Shown here: positions 48,362 through 57,568 of the stretch, one piece after another
How positions within the stretch are numbered: the first letter of the stretch is position 1
Layout of the letters: each line of letters begins with the position of its first letter
Assembly: GCA_038250235.1 (NCBI GenBank)
Contig: JBBSCO010000003.1
Coordinates: 18,761-82,760, forward strand
Length of the DNA stretch: 64,000 bases
Reading direction: 5' to 3'
From: Candidatus Methylacidiphilales bacterium
Lineage (GTDB): Bacteria > Verrucomicrobiota > Verrucomicrobiia > Methylacidiphilales > JAAUTS01
The notes under the pieces: generated by a model
Database searches by the model: none
Told to the model about the DNA's origin: nothing
Seen by the model: only the letters and a program-made list of their open reading frames with translations
Translations under genes and position numbers: made by a program

Positions 48362-48706
48362 ATGGACAAAACTGTTTTCGAAAAAATCATAGAACGCGAA
48401 ATACCAGCCAACATTGTGCTGGAAACGGACCGCATCCTGGCCTTTCACGACATCCAGCCGGAGGCTCCGGTTCACGTGCTCGTCATCCCAAAAAAACATT
48501 TCCCCCGTATCGCTGAAGTTCCGACACAGGATTCTCCTTTACTCGGGGAGCTGTTGATCGGCGCGCAGCAGGTTGCCCAAAAACTGGGTCTGGACAAAAC
48601 CGGTTACCGTATCGTCATCAACAACGGCCCGGACGGCGGAGAAAGTGTGCCGCATCTGCACGTTCATGTTCTGGGAGGCCGGAAGCTGCACTGGCCTCCG
48701 GGTTGA
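48362..48706 (+). CDS. HIT-family nucleotide-binding protein (HinT-like)
   Basis: FHDIQPEAPVHVLVIPK, HLHVHVLGGR, WPPG. Confidence 0.95.
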   Translation: MDKTVFEKIIEREIPANIVLETDRILAFHDIQPEAPVHVLVIPKKHFPRIAEVPTQDSPLLGELLIGAQQVAQKLGLDKTGYRIVINNGPDGGESVPHLHVHVLGGRKLHWPPG

Positions 48707-48717
48707 TTTTGGAGATT

Positions 48718-48802
48718 TACCCGAGGCGGGGGTCGAACCCGCACGCCCCTTTCGAAGCTCAGGATTTTAAGTCCTGTATGTCTGCCATTCCATCACTCGG
48801 GC
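48718..48802 (-). tRNA. tRNA-Leu (TAA), CCA not encoded
   Basis: GCCCGAG acceptor, CAGGA-CTTAAAA-TCCTG anticodon arm, long variable arm, GGTTCGA T-loop. Confidence 0.96.
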
Positions 48803-48858
48803 GGAAAATAAAAATATAGACCAGAGCAACGGGGAAGGAAAAGGGAATTCCTTTTTGC

Positions 48859-49035
48859 TCCACAAATCCACCACCGTGAAGGGATCAATGCTGCGGCAAC
48901 CCCGCAATATCCGGTTATCAAGATAGCAGTAGCAACCGCCAGGCAGGCCCAGGAGCTCTTCCATGGCGTTACATCCCTCCAGTGTCTGGCGACTTCCACT
49001 TGATCTCTCTGAACGCCACTCACTCCATTTGTGGA
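48859..49035 (+). ncRNA. Candidate structured RNA (177 nt, nested stems)
   Basis: TCCACAAAT/ATTTGTGGA, GGGATCAA/TTGATCTC, CGCCAGGCA/TGTCTGGCG; G-U pairs favour the + strand. Confidence 0.3.
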
Positions 49036-49041
49036 CGATTA

Positions 49042-49063
49042 GGGCCTGTTAGCCTCCAAAATG
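49042..49063 (+). mobile_element. Solo end of the GGGCCTGTTA MITE family
   Basis: ATTA|GGGCCTGTTAGC, same terminus and TA flank as 30035. Confidence 0.55.
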
Positions 49064-49107
49064 ACCTCGCCCAATTTCGAAAAGGCGTTACATTGAAGGT
49101 CTTCGCC

Positions 49108-49623
49108 ATGCTTCCGCTTCAAAGCCTTTTCGATAACCGCTCATGGTCACTCCTGCATGAGTTCGACGAAAAACGGGAGCTTGCCCACGTACTCGATATG
49201 AAAACCAAGGTCAGAAAATCCATCTACGTCACAGAGGAGATCATCCGGGGAGCCCAGCACCGGGGACTCTCGCTCGCCGATTACATCGCCCACCTGCACG
49301 CCAACCAGCGCTCGATCCGCGTCGCCTATGTGGCCAGTGTCTATCGGGGGTTTGCGTTATTGGAAATGGCCCGTGTGCCCGTCGATCCCGCCTACTTCGA
49401 TCTGGTTTATGGGGTTCTCGGCGACGAGGATGGGACGAACTTCCGTAAACTGGCCGCCAGTGGCAAGGAACATGCCTTACCCCAGGCTGCTGCGCGGCTG
49501 CTGGGAGCGGACACGCGCAGTGCTGCGGTAGAAGCCATTTTCATGGCGGCATCGCGGGCCAGCGTGATGCATGAAGGCTACATCGAGGCCGCGCGCCTGC
49601 TGGAAGCTACTATCTACCGCTAA
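49108..49623 (+). CDS. Hypothetical protein (no family recognised)
   Basis: 171-aa ORF from ATG 49108; convergent with thrS. Confidence 0.65.
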   Translation: MLPLQSLFDNRSWSLLHEFDEKRELAHVLDMKTKVRKSIYVTEEIIRGAQHRGLSLADYIAHLHANQRSIRVAYVASVYRGFALLEMARVPVDPAYFDLVYGVLGDEDGTNFRKLAASGKEHALPQAAARLLGADTRSAAVEAIFMAASRASVMHEGYIEAARLLEATIYR

Positions 49624-49666
49624 TGCTCTTGCTCTTATTCTGACCCTGCAGAGGGACGGCCCGTAT

Positions 49667-51502
49667 TCAAGGCAGAGGCGATGAGGGAAGTGCCCGGGTC
49701 CGGACCTCCTCCACAATCCTGTGTAAGACCTCACTGAAATCCTGGGCACCTTCATCACCCTTGGCTCTGGAACGGACCGCAACTTTGCCGGCTTCCTGCT
49801 CACGGGCACCCACCACCATCATGTAAGGGACTTTCTCAAGCTGCGCCCGGCGTATCTTGGCCCCCATTTTATCCGCATGCTCATCCACGCTGCTGCGCAG
49901 TCCGGCCGCCTTGCAGCGCGCGGAGAGTTCACGGGTGAATTCAATCTGGGCATCGGTAATCGGGATAAACCGCACCTGCTCGGGAGCCAGCCAGACGGGA
50001 AAAGCACCTGAGAAATGCTCAATCAGAACCCCGCAGAAACGTTCCATCGAACCAAAGGGCGCGCGATGGATCATGACGGGACGATGTTTGGTATTGTCCG
50101 CTCCGGCATAATTCAGATCAAAACGTACGGGCAGATTGTAATCAACCTGGACCGTGCCCAGTTGCCATTCACGCCCAATGACATCTTTGACCACGAAATC
50201 AATTTTTGGACCATAAAAGGCGGCTTCTCCCGGTTCTTCGCAATAGGGAACACCAAGAGTCTTGGCCGCTTCACGGCAGGCATGTTCCGCCTTGTCCCAA
50301 TTGGCCGGATCACCGGTATATTTTTCGGAGTCGGGATCCCTCAATCCTATGCGCACGCGGTAATCGTTGATTCCCAAGGTTCCCAGAACGATTTTCACCA
50401 GGGACAGACATCCTTCAATTTCTCCAGAAACCTGATCCTCAGTGCAAAAAATGTGGGCATCATCCTGGGTGAAGCCACGGACACGTGTCATTCCACCCAG
50501 TTCTCCCGATTGTTCCCAGCGATAGACGGTTCCAAATTCCGCCAAACGAACCGGAAGATCACGGTAGGACCGCGGCTCCGAATCAAAGATCTTGATGTGA
50601 TGAGGACAATTCATCGGCTTGAGCATGAAGCCGTCCACTTCGCCCGTATCAAGAAGATTGGTCAGCTCGGAACAGGCACAGCCCTCCTCGCTCAATTTCT
50701 TAAGAGTGTCTTTCTCCACCAAAGGAGGAAATTGCGATTCCCGGTAATAAGGGAAATGCCCGGAGGTGCGGTACAAACCCAGCTTTCCGATATGAGGCGT
50801 GAACACCATGGAGTAACCCTGCTTCCGGAGTTCCTCAGAGATGAAATCCTGAAGGGCCTGCCGCACAATGGCACCATTGGGCAGCCAAAGGATCAAGCCC
50901 TGGCCCACAGCATCATCAATGTGAAAGAGTTTCAGTTCGCGGCCGAGTTTTCGGTGGTCCCGCTTCGCCGCCTCTTCCAACTGCTTAAGGTAGGCATCAA
51001 GCTCCGCCTGGCTCGGGAAAGCCGTGCCGTAAATGCGCTGCAATTGTTTGTTCTTTTCATCACCACGATGGTAGGCCCCTGCTATACTCAACAGCTTGAC
51101 CGCCTTGATTTCTTTGGTGGAAGCAATATGTGACCCGGCACAAAGATCGATGAATTCCCCGTTGTGATAAAAGCTGATGGCCTCGCCCTCCGGAATATCA
51201 TCCAGACGTCCGAGCTTGTAGCGTTCCTGGCCAAATTTCTTCAACTTCCCGGCAGCTTCGGCACGGCTGCATTCAAAGCGCTCAAATTTCTGGTTTTCGG
51301 AAGCGATCTTGCGCATCTGGCTTTCAATCTTTCCCAGGTCTTCTGCGGTAAAACGGTGTTCCAGGTCAAAATCGTAATAAAACCCGGTATCCGTCGGAGG
51401 ACCAATATCAAGCTGTGTATCGGGGAAAAGACGCAGAACCGCTGTAGCCAGGACATGGGCGCAGGAATGGCGTAATTCTTCGAGGGGAGTCATCAATTTC
51501 AT
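49667..51502 (-). CDS. thrS: Threonine--tRNA ligase
   Basis: RHSCAH, DLCAGSH, RDHRKLG, KPMNCPHH, RVRGFTQDDAH, IHRAPFGSMERF. Confidence 0.98.
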   Translation of the reverse strand: MKLMTPLEELRHSCAHVLATAVLRLFPDTQLDIGPPTDTGFYYDFDLEHRFTAEDLGKIESQMRKIASENQKFERFECSRAEAAGKLKKFGQERYKLGRLDDIPEGEAISFYHNGEFIDLCAGSHIASTKEIKAVKLLSIAGAYHRGDEKNKQLQRIYGTAFPSQAELDAYLKQLEEAAKRDHRKLGRELKLFHIDDAVGQGLILWLPNGAIVRQALQDFISEELRKQGYSMVFTPHIGKLGLYRTSGHFPYYRESQFPPLVEKDTLKKLSEEGCACSELTNLLDTGEVDGFMLKPMNCPHHIKIFDSEPRSYRDLPVRLAEFGTVYRWEQSGELGGMTRVRGFTQDDAHIFCTEDQVSGEIEGCLSLVKIVLGTLGINDYRVRIGLRDPDSEKYTGDPANWDKAEHACREAAKTLGVPYCEEPGEAAFYGPKIDFVVKDVIGREWQLGTVQVDYNLPVRFDLNYAGADNTKHRPVMIHRAPFGSMERFCGVLIEHFSGAFPVWLAPEQVRFIPITDAQIEFTRELSARCKAAGLRSSVDEHADKMGAKIRRAQLEKVPYMMVVGAREQEAGKVAVRSRAKGDEGAQDFSEVLHRIVEEVRTRALPSSPLP

Positions 51503-51575
51503 AAGTAACTGGTAAAAGGTTGAGGGGTGAGCCTAGGAAAAGCGGCTCCGAGGTCAAGTCATGCCCTGAATGCAC

Positions 51576-52040
51576 TCAGGATCCGGTTTGCACCCTTTTG
51601 CGATTCAGGTAGACCTTGCAGGCACTTTTCATGCGCGTTAGGACATAGTAGGTGGTCTGGCTCCTCTGCCTGACCAATTCCGCTCCAACGATCTTCGGGA
51701 CAAAATCACTCTCCAACTCGAGAACCTCTTCAGGAGTGGCACCTTGGAGACCCTTGCAAAGAATGGAACTCATGGCCCGGGTCAAGGTCTGCACCTCAGG
51801 ACCCAGAGTCATCCGGAATTGCACGCCCCTTTTGTTGTCGTTGTCCACTTTCAAAAAAACACCGACGGTGTCCGTGCATTCCTCATCTTTACGGACATCC
51901 TCCAGATCAAACGTCTCTCCTTGCTTGGGTTCAAGGCTCCTGGTTCCCTCACTGAACAAAACAAGGTTTTCCCGTTTACCCACATCGGGCAGGGACTGGA
52001 ACAGGTCGATAATCGCCTGAAGTTTGGGAGGATAAGCCAT
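51576..52040 (-). CDS. SufE-family sulfur acceptor
   Basis: RKDEECTDTV Cys motif, GLQGATPEEVL; downstream of sulfurtransferase. Confidence 0.8.
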   Translation of the reverse strand: MAYPPKLQAIIDLFQSLPDVGKRENLVLFSEGTRSLEPKQGETFDLEDVRKDEECTDTVGVFLKVDNDNKRGVQFRMTLGPEVQTLTRAMSSILCKGLQGATPEEVLELESDFVPKIVGAELVRQRSQTTYYVLTRMKSACKVYLNRKRVQTGS

Positions 52041-52066
52041 ACGGAATCCTGAGAAGAAAACTGCGT

Positions 52067-52921
52067 TCAGGAGCCTTTCTTGATCGGAGCGCGAACGGTG
52101 TTTCCCCACTCAGTCCAGGAACCATCGTAGTTGCGCACGTTACTGTGTCCCAAAAGATAGGTCAGCACAAACCAAGTATGACTGGAACGCTCACCTATCC
52201 TGCAATAAACAACGGTGTCTCCATCCGCCTTGAGCCCTTTGCCATCCTCATAAATCGCCTTCAACTCATCCGCCGTCTTGAATGTCCCATCTTCTTTGAC
52301 CGCTGTTTTCCAGGGCACACTTGAGGCACCTGGAATATGGCCTCCGCGCAAAACGCCTTCCTGGGGATATTCCGGCATATGGGTGATTTCGCCTTTAAAT
52401 TCTCCGGGCGAACGAACATCGATCAAAGGTTTTCCTGCTTTGCTATGGGCCAGGGTGTCCGCAAAAAAGGCCCGGATTTCGTCATCATGCCGTTTGGCAG
52501 GAATCGGGTATTCAGTCAGCGCCAAAGCCCCTTTCTCTTTGGTCAGCTCCCGACCTTCCGCCTTCCATTTATCCCGGCCGCCATTCAAAAGTTTGACTTT
52601 GGTATGCCCAAAAAGTCTGAAGGCCCACAGGGCATAGGTTGCCCACCAATTGGACTTGTCTCCGTAAAAAACACAGGTGGTTTCTGCTGTGATGCCGTTG
52701 CGGGAGCAAAGCGCGGCAAATTTTTCCGGACTGATGTAATCCCGGATATCGTCATCCTGCAGATCGGAACGCCAGTCAATGTGAACCGCATTGCGGATGT
52801 GTCCGGTGTCATAGAGCAACAGGTCCTCATTGCTCTCAATCAGACGTATCGTAGGGTCATCCAGGTGTTGTTCCAACCAGGCTGTATCGACCAGAATTTC
52901 GGGATGTGCGTAGGAAGTCAT
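52067..52921 (-). CDS. Tandem-rhodanese sulfurtransferase (CysA/SseA-like)
   Basis: [37 protein letters not shown]. Confidence 0.95.
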   Translation of the reverse strand: MTSYAHPEILVDTAWLEQHLDDPTIRLIESNEDLLLYDTGHIRNAVHIDWRSDLQDDDIRDYISPEKFAALCSRNGITAETTCVFYGDKSNWWATYALWAFRLFGHTKVKLLNGGRDKWKAEGRELTKEKGALALTEYPIPAKRHDDEIRAFFADTLAHSKAGKPLIDVRSPGEFKGEITHMPEYPQEGVLRGGHIPGASSVPWKTAVKEDGTFKTADELKAIYEDGKGLKADGDTVVYCRIGERSSHTWFVLTYLLGHSNVRNYDGSWTEWGNTVRAPIKKGS

Positions 52922-52959
52922 AAGGAACCATTCTGGGCCTGACGGCCTTTGCCGTCAAC

Positions 52960-53424
52960 CTACTGCTTGGCACGTTGGACAAGATATTGCCTGAAGAGCG
53001 TATAATCACTCTCGGTCAGGGCAGCAGGCCCCGCCGGCAACAGGATTTTGCCGCTTTTCAGGGGGGCGTCGATTTCGGGCGCGTAAATCAGTCTGCCGTT
53101 GCACAGAACCACCATCACAGACCCCAGGTTGTTGCTGGTTTCGGCATCCATGATTTTCATGCCCGTATCGGTCAGGGTAACCAGGGTTCCGCCATCGGGA
53201 AGCTTCATCAGGCTTTCCACATTCTTTTCCGTCAGCACAGCGTATTTGTTGACCTTGATAATCTGGTCAGGATTGCTCAGGGCCATACTGATGCTCTGGG
53301 AAAGACTTCCCCCGCTGGACGCCTGCATGTAAATCCTGAGGGTAAATCCCGGTTTGGATCCCCCGGCCCAAGCCGTTGAACCCAGGACGACCAATAAAAC
53401 CAAAACCAGAATGCGATGTTTCAC
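52960..53424 (-). CDS. Exported hypothetical protein (SecDF P1-head-like)
   Basis: Signal peptide; LTDTG...TSNNLG..MVVLCNGRLIYAP.I pattern. Confidence 0.65.
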   Translation of the reverse strand: MKHRILVLVLLVVLGSTAWAGGSKPGFTLRIYMQASSGGSLSQSISMALSNPDQIIKVNKYAVLTEKNVESLMKLPDGGTLVTLTDTGMKIMDAETSNNLGSVMVVLCNGRLIYAPEIDAPLKSGKILLPAGPAALTESDYTLFRQYLVQRAKQ

Positions 53425-53495
53425 CACTCCTTTGTGCACGAAGTTGTTTCCGAAAGCAAAAAGATTGAATGGAAAGTACATTTGCCTAGTCTAAG

Positions 53496-54077
53496 ATGAA
53501 GCACATGAAACAAGTCTTCCTGTTCAGCCTCTTCCTCTCCATTGCCCTGAACGCTCCTGCCCAAAACATCAACCCAAGCAAGAGCACGGTTCCAGACAAA
53601 TTCGTCAATCCTCCCGGCAAACGCTATAGCATCTTCGCCGGCGATCCCGAACGCGTTCAGCGTGCCAATGAGGTCAATGTGAAAGATTTTACCGGCGAAG
53701 TTCTTCTGGAGCCCAAAGCACTCTCGCTCTCAGGACAGTCGATTGAAGGAACCGCCCCGAACCAGTTCAAACTAACCTTTAAAATCAAAAACAACGGGAA
53801 ACGTAGTTATACCCTTTCCTTTCCCGATTCCCAACGTTTTGACCTGGCAATTACGGCTACGGATGGGAGTCTTGTCTATCTCTGGTCTGAAGACAAAGAC
53901 TTTGTGCAGAAGGAAGGCACAAGTTTTGTTAATTCGGGTGAAAGCCTGGCTTTTTCGGAATTTCTTTCTTTGGACACTCTCAAAGTCAGGGTGCAGCCCG
54001 GCACCTACAATTTTCAGATGATATTGGCGAACTACCCCGAAGTCACGGCCAAGGGAACCTTCCAGATTTTACCCTGA
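53496..54077 (+). CDS. Exported BsuPI-like (intracellular proteinase inhibitor) domain protein
   Basis: TLSFPDSQRFDL.I....G..VYLWS..K.F. Confidence 0.75.
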   Translation: MKHMKQVFLFSLFLSIALNAPAQNINPSKSTVPDKFVNPPGKRYSIFAGDPERVQRANEVNVKDFTGEVLLEPKALSLSGQSIEGTAPNQFKLTFKIKNNGKRSYTLSFPDSQRFDLAITATDGSLVYLWSEDKDFVQKEGTSFVNSGESLAFSEFLSLDTLKVRVQPGTYNFQMILANYPEVTAKGTFQILP

Positions 54078-54093
54078 AGGATCGGAACCAGGC

Positions 54094-54684
54094 TCAATTT
54101 TTATTAAGGATTTCCCTGATTTCCTGTATCGAAATCCTGTGATCCTTAAGATCGTCTTTGTTCTTCAGCGTGTCATTGATCAGCTTGATCTCCTGGGCGA
54201 TTTTTGCAGCCTCAACTCCCTGATAGCGCATGTCGGACAAGACCGATTTCTCACGCTCCAGAACTGCCTTGATCCCCTCTTCCCGGGCTCTTTTGTCTTC
54301 CGATATACGTGTATCTCCCAGACTGGATCTGCCTGTGGCAAAGGTCTGATCCGAATTCAGACTCGAACTCCGTCCCGACAGATTTAAATCATTGGAAGCA
54401 CTGAATTTTTTGCCCCCCCAGTTGTTCTCCGGCCTTCCCATGCTGGATTCTCTGGTGGTAAACATTTTTCTCTGAAGCCCGTTTTCTTTGGAACCATGGA
54501 AGCCGGCGGTGTTGAATTTTTTAGTCTGAAATTCCGTTGTGTTCAAGGAACTGGACGGAGCCTCACCGCTGCGGTACGATTCTTGGGCTTTCTTCAGGTC
54601 CTTAAACCATTTTTCCTCAAGGTTACCCCCAAAGGAAACAGACAGTGCTGCCAGCAAAAAAAAACTGATTCGAACCAGAAACAT
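54094..54684 (-). CDS. Exported low-complexity hypothetical protein
   Basis: Signal peptide, Ser/Lys-rich, C-terminal ISIQEIREILNK. Confidence 0.7.
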   Translation of the reverse strand: MFLVRISFFLLAALSVSFGGNLEEKWFKDLKKAQESYRSGEAPSSSLNTTEFQTKKFNTAGFHGSKENGLQRKMFTTRESSMGRPENNWGGKKFSASNDLNLSGRSSSLNSDQTFATGRSSLGDTRISEDKRAREEGIKAVLEREKSVLSDMRYQGVEAAKIAQEIKLINDTLKNKDDLKDHRISIQEIREILNKN

Positions 54685-54966
54685 AAAAGAATTCTACCCG
54701 ATTATCCGCAAAACCCAACTAAAATCGCCATCATGATTTTGTAGACTTTTCATCGAATAAATCCGTCAACCGTGTTGAACCCTCCACCGATGTCTTACCT
54801 GCAAAATCCGGATGACTTTTACCAAAAAATATAGCAACGACACTTTCTATCGGGATTTGATTTTTGCCCTGTACGATTTTGCCACTCTCTGCTTTTTCTC
54901 TGATACGAAAATCGGGTCGATATCGCACTCGACGAAAGGAAAGAAAAAAGATACCTTTACCTTTCC

Positions 54967-55039
<73 letters not shown>

Positions 55040-55045
55040 CTTGTC

Positions 55046-55573
55046 TTAATACGTCACCTTGTCGGATTTTGACATCCAGTCCCGGAACAGTTCGCGGGCT
55101 GAAGGCCGCAGCAACATTTTGGTTGGCAGGGAACGTTCCACCTGATCCAAAGCAACTTCACGATAAAGAAAAGCATCATCAAAGCCCGCCTCTGCCGCAT
55201 CATCCCGTGTTGCTGCATAGCTGAGACTGTCCAGTCTTGCCCAATAGATCGCAGCCAGACACATCGGACAGGGTTCACAGCTGGAATAGATCTCGCAGCC
55301 TTTTAGCTCAAATCTTCCCAGAGAACGGCAGGCATCACGGATAGCCAACACTTCGGCATGAGCCGTCGGATCGTTCAGACTGGTCACACTGTTGCATCCC
55401 CTTCCCACGATCCTTCCCTCCAGCACCACGACCGCCCCAAAAGGCCCTCCTTGGTTGTTTTCCATCCCCTCCTTGGCCATCCGCAAGGCTTCCTGCATGT
55501 GGATCTCAGGCAATGACATCCCCGGACTCTGGCAGGACTGTTCCATGGCGGAAATGAAAAAATCAATCCTCAT
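55046..55573 (-). CDS. Guanine/nucleoside deaminase (CDA fold, GuaD-like)
   Basis: GGPFGA, DPTAHAE, SCEPCPMC, AGFDD; start may be 55546 or 55519. Confidence 0.92.
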   Translation of the reverse strand: MRIDFFISAMEQSCQSPGMSLPEIHMQEALRMAKEGMENNQGGPFGAVVVLEGRIVGRGCNSVTSLNDPTAHAEVLAIRDACRSLGRFELKGCEIYSSCEPCPMCLAAIYWARLDSLSYAATRDDAAEAGFDDAFLYREVALDQVERSLPTKMLLRPSARELFRDWMSKSDKVTY

Positions 55574-56072
55574 CCTCTGAAATGGCTCTGATGATCCATT
55601 CCTGGACAGCTTCCATAAAATGTATCATCAGCAACGACTCTTTTTTGGGGCCTTCCGGCAACTTCGTGAATTCCATGTGCATATCCTCCTCTTGGATATC
55701 CGCCCATGCAGCCAGATAAAGGCGATGGTCGTTGAAAACCATCAGCAGGCTCTCGACCTGATCTTCAGGTACATCCCACACGGCAGGACTACCGGGAGGA
55801 AATTTTTCCATAATCCCTATCCATGCACTGATTAACCCGATCCGCTCCGAACGCATGCTCTGTAAATGCCCCAGCCAATACTCCCGCTCATGTTCATATC
55901 CAGAAACCAGAAGACCCTCAATATCGTACCATTGTCGCCGGATCCTCTCATCGAGCTCATCAGGGGCTTTTAGGTAAAGTAAAGAGAGAGATTTCAGAAT
56001 CTCCTCCAGCACCATTCGTTCCATGCCTGACAAAAGCAGGCGGAACCCATTTTTAATTTTGGACAGTTGCAC
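55563..56072 (-). CDS. DUF2017-like protein
   Basis: Position after clpS; FNDHRLYLA and QEWII motifs. Confidence 0.65.
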   Translation of the reverse strand: MQLSKIKNGFRLLLSGMERMVLEEILKSLSLLYLKAPDELDERIRRQWYDIEGLLVSGYEHEREYWLGHLQSMRSERIGLISAWIGIMEKFPPGSPAVWDVPEDQVESLLMVFNDHRLYLAAWADIQEEDMHMEFTKLPEGPKKESLLMIHFMEAVQEWIIRAISEDED

Positions 56073-56075
56073 AGT

Positions 56076-56402
56076 TCAGTCCGTTGACTCCAAAGTCACA
56101 CGGAGTCCATAACCCTTCAGTTGCTCCCAATATAATTCGGCTTTTTCACGGTTCTCTTTGGCCACACAACTTTTCCCCTGCACATGAACCTCCATCATGT
56201 GGATGCGAGCCTTGGATGTGTTGAAACCGAGAACTTTCCGGAATACGTGTACCACAAAACTCATGGTGTTGATGTGATCGTTCCAGACAACGACAATCCA
56301 ACCCCTGGCCGGTTGTTTTTGGGTGGACTCCTTTTTTCGTTCTTTGACATCCGGAACAGCGGTCGCTGCCTGCGTATAGAACCCCTGAGCAGAGGTTTTC
56401 AT
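56076..56402 (-). CDS. clpS: Clp protease adaptor ClpS
   Basis: VVWNDHINTMSFVV.VF, MMEVH.QGK. Confidence 0.92.
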   Translation of the reverse strand: MKTSAQGFYTQAATAVPDVKERKKESTQKQPARGWIVVVWNDHINTMSFVVHVFRKVLGFNTSKARIHMMEVHVQGKSCVAKENREKAELYWEQLKGYGLRVTLESTD

Positions 56403-56418
56403 AGGACAATCCCACGAA

Positions 56419-56889
56419 TCAACTGATGATCGCCTGCCCGCCGGGAAGTTCGGAGTCCAACTGCAAAGGCTCGGAATTAGCCGCACTTTCGCTGGCTTCC
56501 TTTAAGGAGGTGTTTAGCGTAGCGGCCGCCTGCTGGGCATAAAAACGCACCAGCCCGATGTTGGTCTTGTCGGTGAAAACCGTGATCAGAAGACAATCAA
56601 AGTGCAGGGAAGTCATCAGGATGCTCATCTTGCTGCCTTCATGATACAAGGCCGTGAACTCCGACTCCCCCAGACGCTTGGCCAACTCCTTGGTGGCGGC
56701 AAAGGAGCCAGCCGCCAGAGCACACATGATCATCAGATCGACCTGGCCAATATCGCCGTTCTCCGCAAAAAGGTTGCCTCCACGGTCAACCAGAGCCCCC
56801 CACTGGGACTCGGACTTCACAAGAAAATCCTTCAAGTGACCTTCAATGGCCATTTGATCTTCAACCGTAAGCATTCCTATACCGGTCAT
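56419..56889 (-). CDS. mglB: Roadblock/LC7 protein, MglB-type GAP
   Basis: LVDRGG, ALAAGSFAATKELAKRLGESEF..LYHEG, TNIGLVR. Confidence 0.9.
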   Translation of the reverse strand: MTGIGMLTVEDQMAIEGHLKDFLVKSESQWGALVDRGGNLFAENGDIGQVDLMIMCALAAGSFAATKELAKRLGESEFTALYHEGSKMSILMTSLHFDCLLITVFTDKTNIGLVRFYAQQAAATLNTSLKEASESAANSEPLQLDSELPGGQAIIS

Positions 56890-56906
56890 AGTTCGAATCC
56901 TTTGCC

Positions 56907-57545
56907 CTAAGTTGTCGTTTTGCCCGCATCACCAGCGGATGCGGTTTTACCGCCTGCCGACTTGGAGTATTTGGCCAGAAGTAAGCGGGCCACGCCATTC
57001 AATGTTTCCAACACACCTTCGCCCTGATAGGCAGAGGCCTCGAATGTCAATGCGCGGGTCGCACGATTGTTGAACGTATATTCCAGATAATGAAGAGGTG
57101 CCGGGTTTTCAATGTCACGCTTGTTATACTGCAGGACATAGGGGATTTGGGCCATGCTGAGATGATTTTCAATCAGGTTCTCCTGGAGGTTGGCGAAAGA
57201 TTCCACATTTTCCTCCATCTTGTCCCAGTGCGAATCGACCACGAAAACGATACCATCCACACCTTTCAGCACCAGTTGGCGGGTGGTATTATAAACCGGT
57301 TGACCGGGAACGGTATAAAGCTGGAAGCGGGTGTCAAAACCCGGAAGCGTCTGGGTGTTCAGACTGAGAAAGTCAAAAAACAGGGTGCGATCCGCATCCG
57401 TGGCCAACGAAACCAGTTCGCCCTTTTGTGTGCTGTTGATACCCGAGTGAAGTTTCACCAGATTGGTGGTCTTACCGCAAAGAGCGCAACCGTAGTAGAC
57501 GATTTTGAGCTGGATTTCTCTTTTAGAGTAATTAATAAAGGCCAT
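56907..57545 (-). CDS. mglA: Small GTPase MglA
   Basis: MAFINY..REI.LKIVYYG, GKTTNL, DRTLFFDFL, LYTVPGQ, QYNKRD. Confidence 0.95.
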   Translation of the reverse strand: MAFINYSKREIQLKIVYYGCALCGKTTNLVKLHSGINSTQKGELVSLATDADRTLFFDFLSLNTQTLPGFDTRFQLYTVPGQPVYNTTRQLVLKGVDGIVFVVDSHWDKMEENVESFANLQENLIENHLSMAQIPYVLQYNKRDIENPAPLHYLEYTFNNRATRALTFEASAYQGEGVLETLNGVARLLLAKYSKSAGGKTASAGDAGKTTT

Positions 57546-57568
57546 ACGGAGTCGTTTCCCTAAAAAAT

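Noticed and set aside
48830..48960. Cobalamin riboswitch (AGGGAA, CCCGCAA)
   Set aside because: GCCACTG/B12-box elements absent or out of order; no B12-related gene adjacent
50015..51133. 372-aa ORF antisense to thrS (and similar antisense ORFs over uvrA, TPR and exbB)
   Set aside because: Antisense shadows of conserved genes with no motifs of their own
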